Origin: Aquabacterium sp.
Lineage (GTDB): Bacteria; Pseudomonadota; Gammaproteobacteria; Burkholderiales; Burkholderiaceae_C
Length of the DNA stretch: 64,000 nucleotides
NCBI RefSeq assembly: GCF_041909175.1
Contig: NZ_JAYRDZ010000005.1
Location: 60,417-124,416, forward strand
Direction of reading: 5' to 3'
In this document: piece after piece, positions 62,278 to 64,000 of the stretch
Layout: each line of letters opens with the position of its first letter
How positions within the stretch are numbered: position 1 is the stretch's first letter
Program-made: the position numbers and the translations under genes
Notes under the pieces: model-generated
Databases searched by the model: none
What the model was told of the DNA's origin: nothing
The model's input: only the letters and a program-made list of their open reading frames with translations

Positions 62278-63024
62278 TCAAAGCAGGCAGTAGCGAACCA
62301 GCCACTGGTAGGCCGGGCTGCGTCCTTCGTCATCGTGCCATTGCAGGGTCAGTGCACCGTCTTTCTGTCGCAGCGCGAAGTGGGTGGGCGTGATTGGCGT
62401 CTGGCCGGGATCCGGCCGGATGGCCAGGCCCTGTATGAGCGCCGTCTGCTGGCCGGCTACCGGAATGCGGGGGCCGGGTCCGGCGGTGGCCTCTGTCGAT
62501 GCAGGCCATCGGCCCGTGACGACCACACAGCGCGACAGCCTGAGCATGGGGATGGACACCGCGGTGGCCGACAGAGGGGTCAACCCGGCCGTGTCGACAT
62601 CAGGCAGCCAGCCCAGAGCGACGCCGTCGGTCGGCTGTGGGGTTGTGGGCCAGGCGAAGTCACTCAGCACCATGGTCCAGCCGGCCGCCACAGGGCCGGG
62701 GCGGCTGGCCTCTGAATAGCCTGCACCCAGCAGCCATTGCACGCTGGTGTGCCATGTCGCCTCGGCGGTCCCACCGGCGGGGCTGATTTGCCACCCGGTC
62801 AGCAGGGGCCAATGCGGTGGTTGCCCTGCTGTGCGCGGGGGCAGCGCTGTCACGCGGACGAGCGCGGCCGACGCGTCGACCTCATCGACGTGCAAGCGCT
62901 TGTCGATGGTCCAGCTGTATTGCGGGGCGAGCATCCGCACTCCTGTTTGAGCCAGGGCGAGGCTGGACAGGCCCATGAAGCCCATCCAGCCTGTGAAGCC
63001 CCATTGCATGAGGCGTGAGGGCAT
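62278..63024 (-). CDS. Exported hypothetical protein
   Basis: Signal-like GFMGLSSLALA; ATG overlaps the upstream TGA; C-terminus LQWHDD...WLVRYCLL. Confidence 0.6.
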   Translation of the reverse strand: MPSRLMQWGFTGWMGFMGLSSLALAQTGVRMLAPQYSWTIDKRLHVDEVDASAALVRVTALPPRTAGQPPHWPLLTGWQISPAGGTAEATWHTSVQWLLGAGYSEASRPGPVAAGWTMVLSDFAWPTTPQPTDGVALGWLPDVDTAGLTPLSATAVSIPMLRLSRCVVVTGRWPASTEATAGPGPRIPVAGQQTALIQGLAIRPDPGQTPITPTHFALRQKDGALTLQWHDDEGRSPAYQWLVRYCLL

Positions 63025-63530
63025 CAGTGCATGGCCGAGTTGGCGCGCTGAGCCTGCTGGGCCGCCGTGGCGCCGCGGGCAGATTCCAGGTTCTTCGCCG
63101 AGTTGAGTTCATTCATGCCGGCTGTGGTGGCGTTGTTCTGGACCAGGCCTTTCTTGGGGCCCTTGTCTCCCCCTTTGTCCCCACCCTTATCTCCTCCCTT
63201 GTCGCCGCCCTTGCCACCACCGTCGTCGCTCTTGCCCAGGGCGGACATGCCGGCTGTGGTCTTGCTTTGCGCACCGAGGGCCAGGCCCTTGGGCGGTTTG
63301 CCATCACCGCCCTTGTCGCCACCCTTGCCACCGCCTTTGTCACCCCCTTCCGACTTGCCAACGGCGGCGGTGCCACTCAGACCTTGCGCGGTCTGGACCT
63401 TGGCTGCGGTGACTTTGTGCACGGGTGCTTTCTTGATCGGGGGTTCTGCCTGTTCTGCGGCCGAAGCGGCTTGAGCCAGGCCTGCGGCCAGCAAGGCAGC
63501 CAGGAGCGTGAGGCGATAGGTGGTCTTCAT
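63024..63530 (-). CDS. Secreted low-complexity protein with GGDK repeats
   Basis: Signal peptide MKTTYRLTLLAALLAAGLAQA; two (GGDK/GGGK)n tracts. Confidence 0.75.
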   Translation of the reverse strand: MKTTYRLTLLAALLAAGLAQAASAAEQAEPPIKKAPVHKVTAAKVQTAQGLSGTAAVGKSEGGDKGGGKGGDKGGDGKPPKGLALGAQSKTTAGMSALGKSDDGGGKGGDKGGDKGGDKGGDKGPKKGLVQNNATTAGMNELNSAKNLESARGATAAQQAQRANSAMH

Positions 63531-63585
63531 GATGGATTCCTCCAGAGTTGAGTTGCACTGCGGTGAGAATGCCGAGCTGTCGGGC

Positions 63586-64000
63586 TCAGCGGCGTCGGGC
63601 CGCCATCGCGGCGGGATCGATGACCTGTCCGTTGGGCATCACCATCTGACCGGGGCGAACGCCTGCGGGGCAGGCTCCTTCCCACCGGTAGGCGGCCCGC
63701 ATGACCATGTCGGGCTCGCTGGTGCGCGGTGATTCCTGATGCATGGTGATTTCTGCATTGAAGGCCCGGTTGAAGTCGCCCGTGTAGACCATCTTGGTGA
63801 GGGTGGTCGTGCCGTGCGAGCGGCAGCGGGCTGACACCATCACGCGCGTGCTGCTGTCACGCTGCCAGTTCGGGCTGTCGCACTGGACACTGTTGTTGCC
63901 ACCAGTCGGGCGTGCCTGGGCGAGGTCGTCACCACTGGTGCCGACACATTGGCGCATGGCCATCGGCATGTCTTGTGCGGTCATGGACCACAGGCCAGCT
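63586..64000 (-). CDS. DUF3617-like protein (5' end outside window)
   Basis: QC, C.S..W.R, YTGDF...F and A.WEGACPAG..PG.MVMPNG. Confidence 0.7.
   Translation of the reverse strand, partial: AGLWSMTAQDMPMAMRQCVGTSGDDLAQARPTGGNNSVQCDSPNWQRDSSTRVMVSARCRSHGTTTLTKMVYTGDFNRAFNAEITMHQESPRTSEPDMVMRAAYRWEGACPAGVRPGQMVMPNGQVIDPAAMAARRR

Noticed and set aside
63140-63350. CRISPR-like or VNTR interpretation of the 12-nt repeats
   Set aside because: Repeats are in-frame degenerate codons for GGDK with no spacers and no cas genes

Overview
GC-rich betaproteobacterial chromosome segment, probably Burkholderiales (Comamonadaceae/Aquabacterium-like; inferred from gene content and protein style). Bases 1-22.2 kb are mostly core genes (uspA-family, GST, phaZ, prpE, lpxC, folB, ttcA, glmU, glmS) plus two surface lipoproteins and a 7TM-DISM two-component system. 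A Tn7-like transposon end (TGT + 5 nt + TnsB-site-like 20-mer) lies 22 nt after the glmS stop. It is followed by a ~10 kb defence island: type I R-M (hsdM/S/R), an embedded EVE-like/NucS nuclease, a P-loop ATPase, an M48 peptidase and an orphan res-site-like repeat array, with no tns genes in the window. From 32.6 kb to 64 kb there are accessory transport, signalling and metabolic genes. The most interesting items are (1) an unannotated small ORF with an aromatic-rich core (RVNLDFWALYHCR) and alternative hairpins in the leader of a PuuA/PuuB-like polyamine catabolism operon, a candidate metabolite-sensing leader peptide; (2) a stand-alone phosphatase plus HipA/PI3K-like kinase gene pair; and (3) the Tn7-end-flanked defence island. 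No tRNA, rRNA or CRISPR array was seen. All assignments come from reading motifs by eye; no database search was run.
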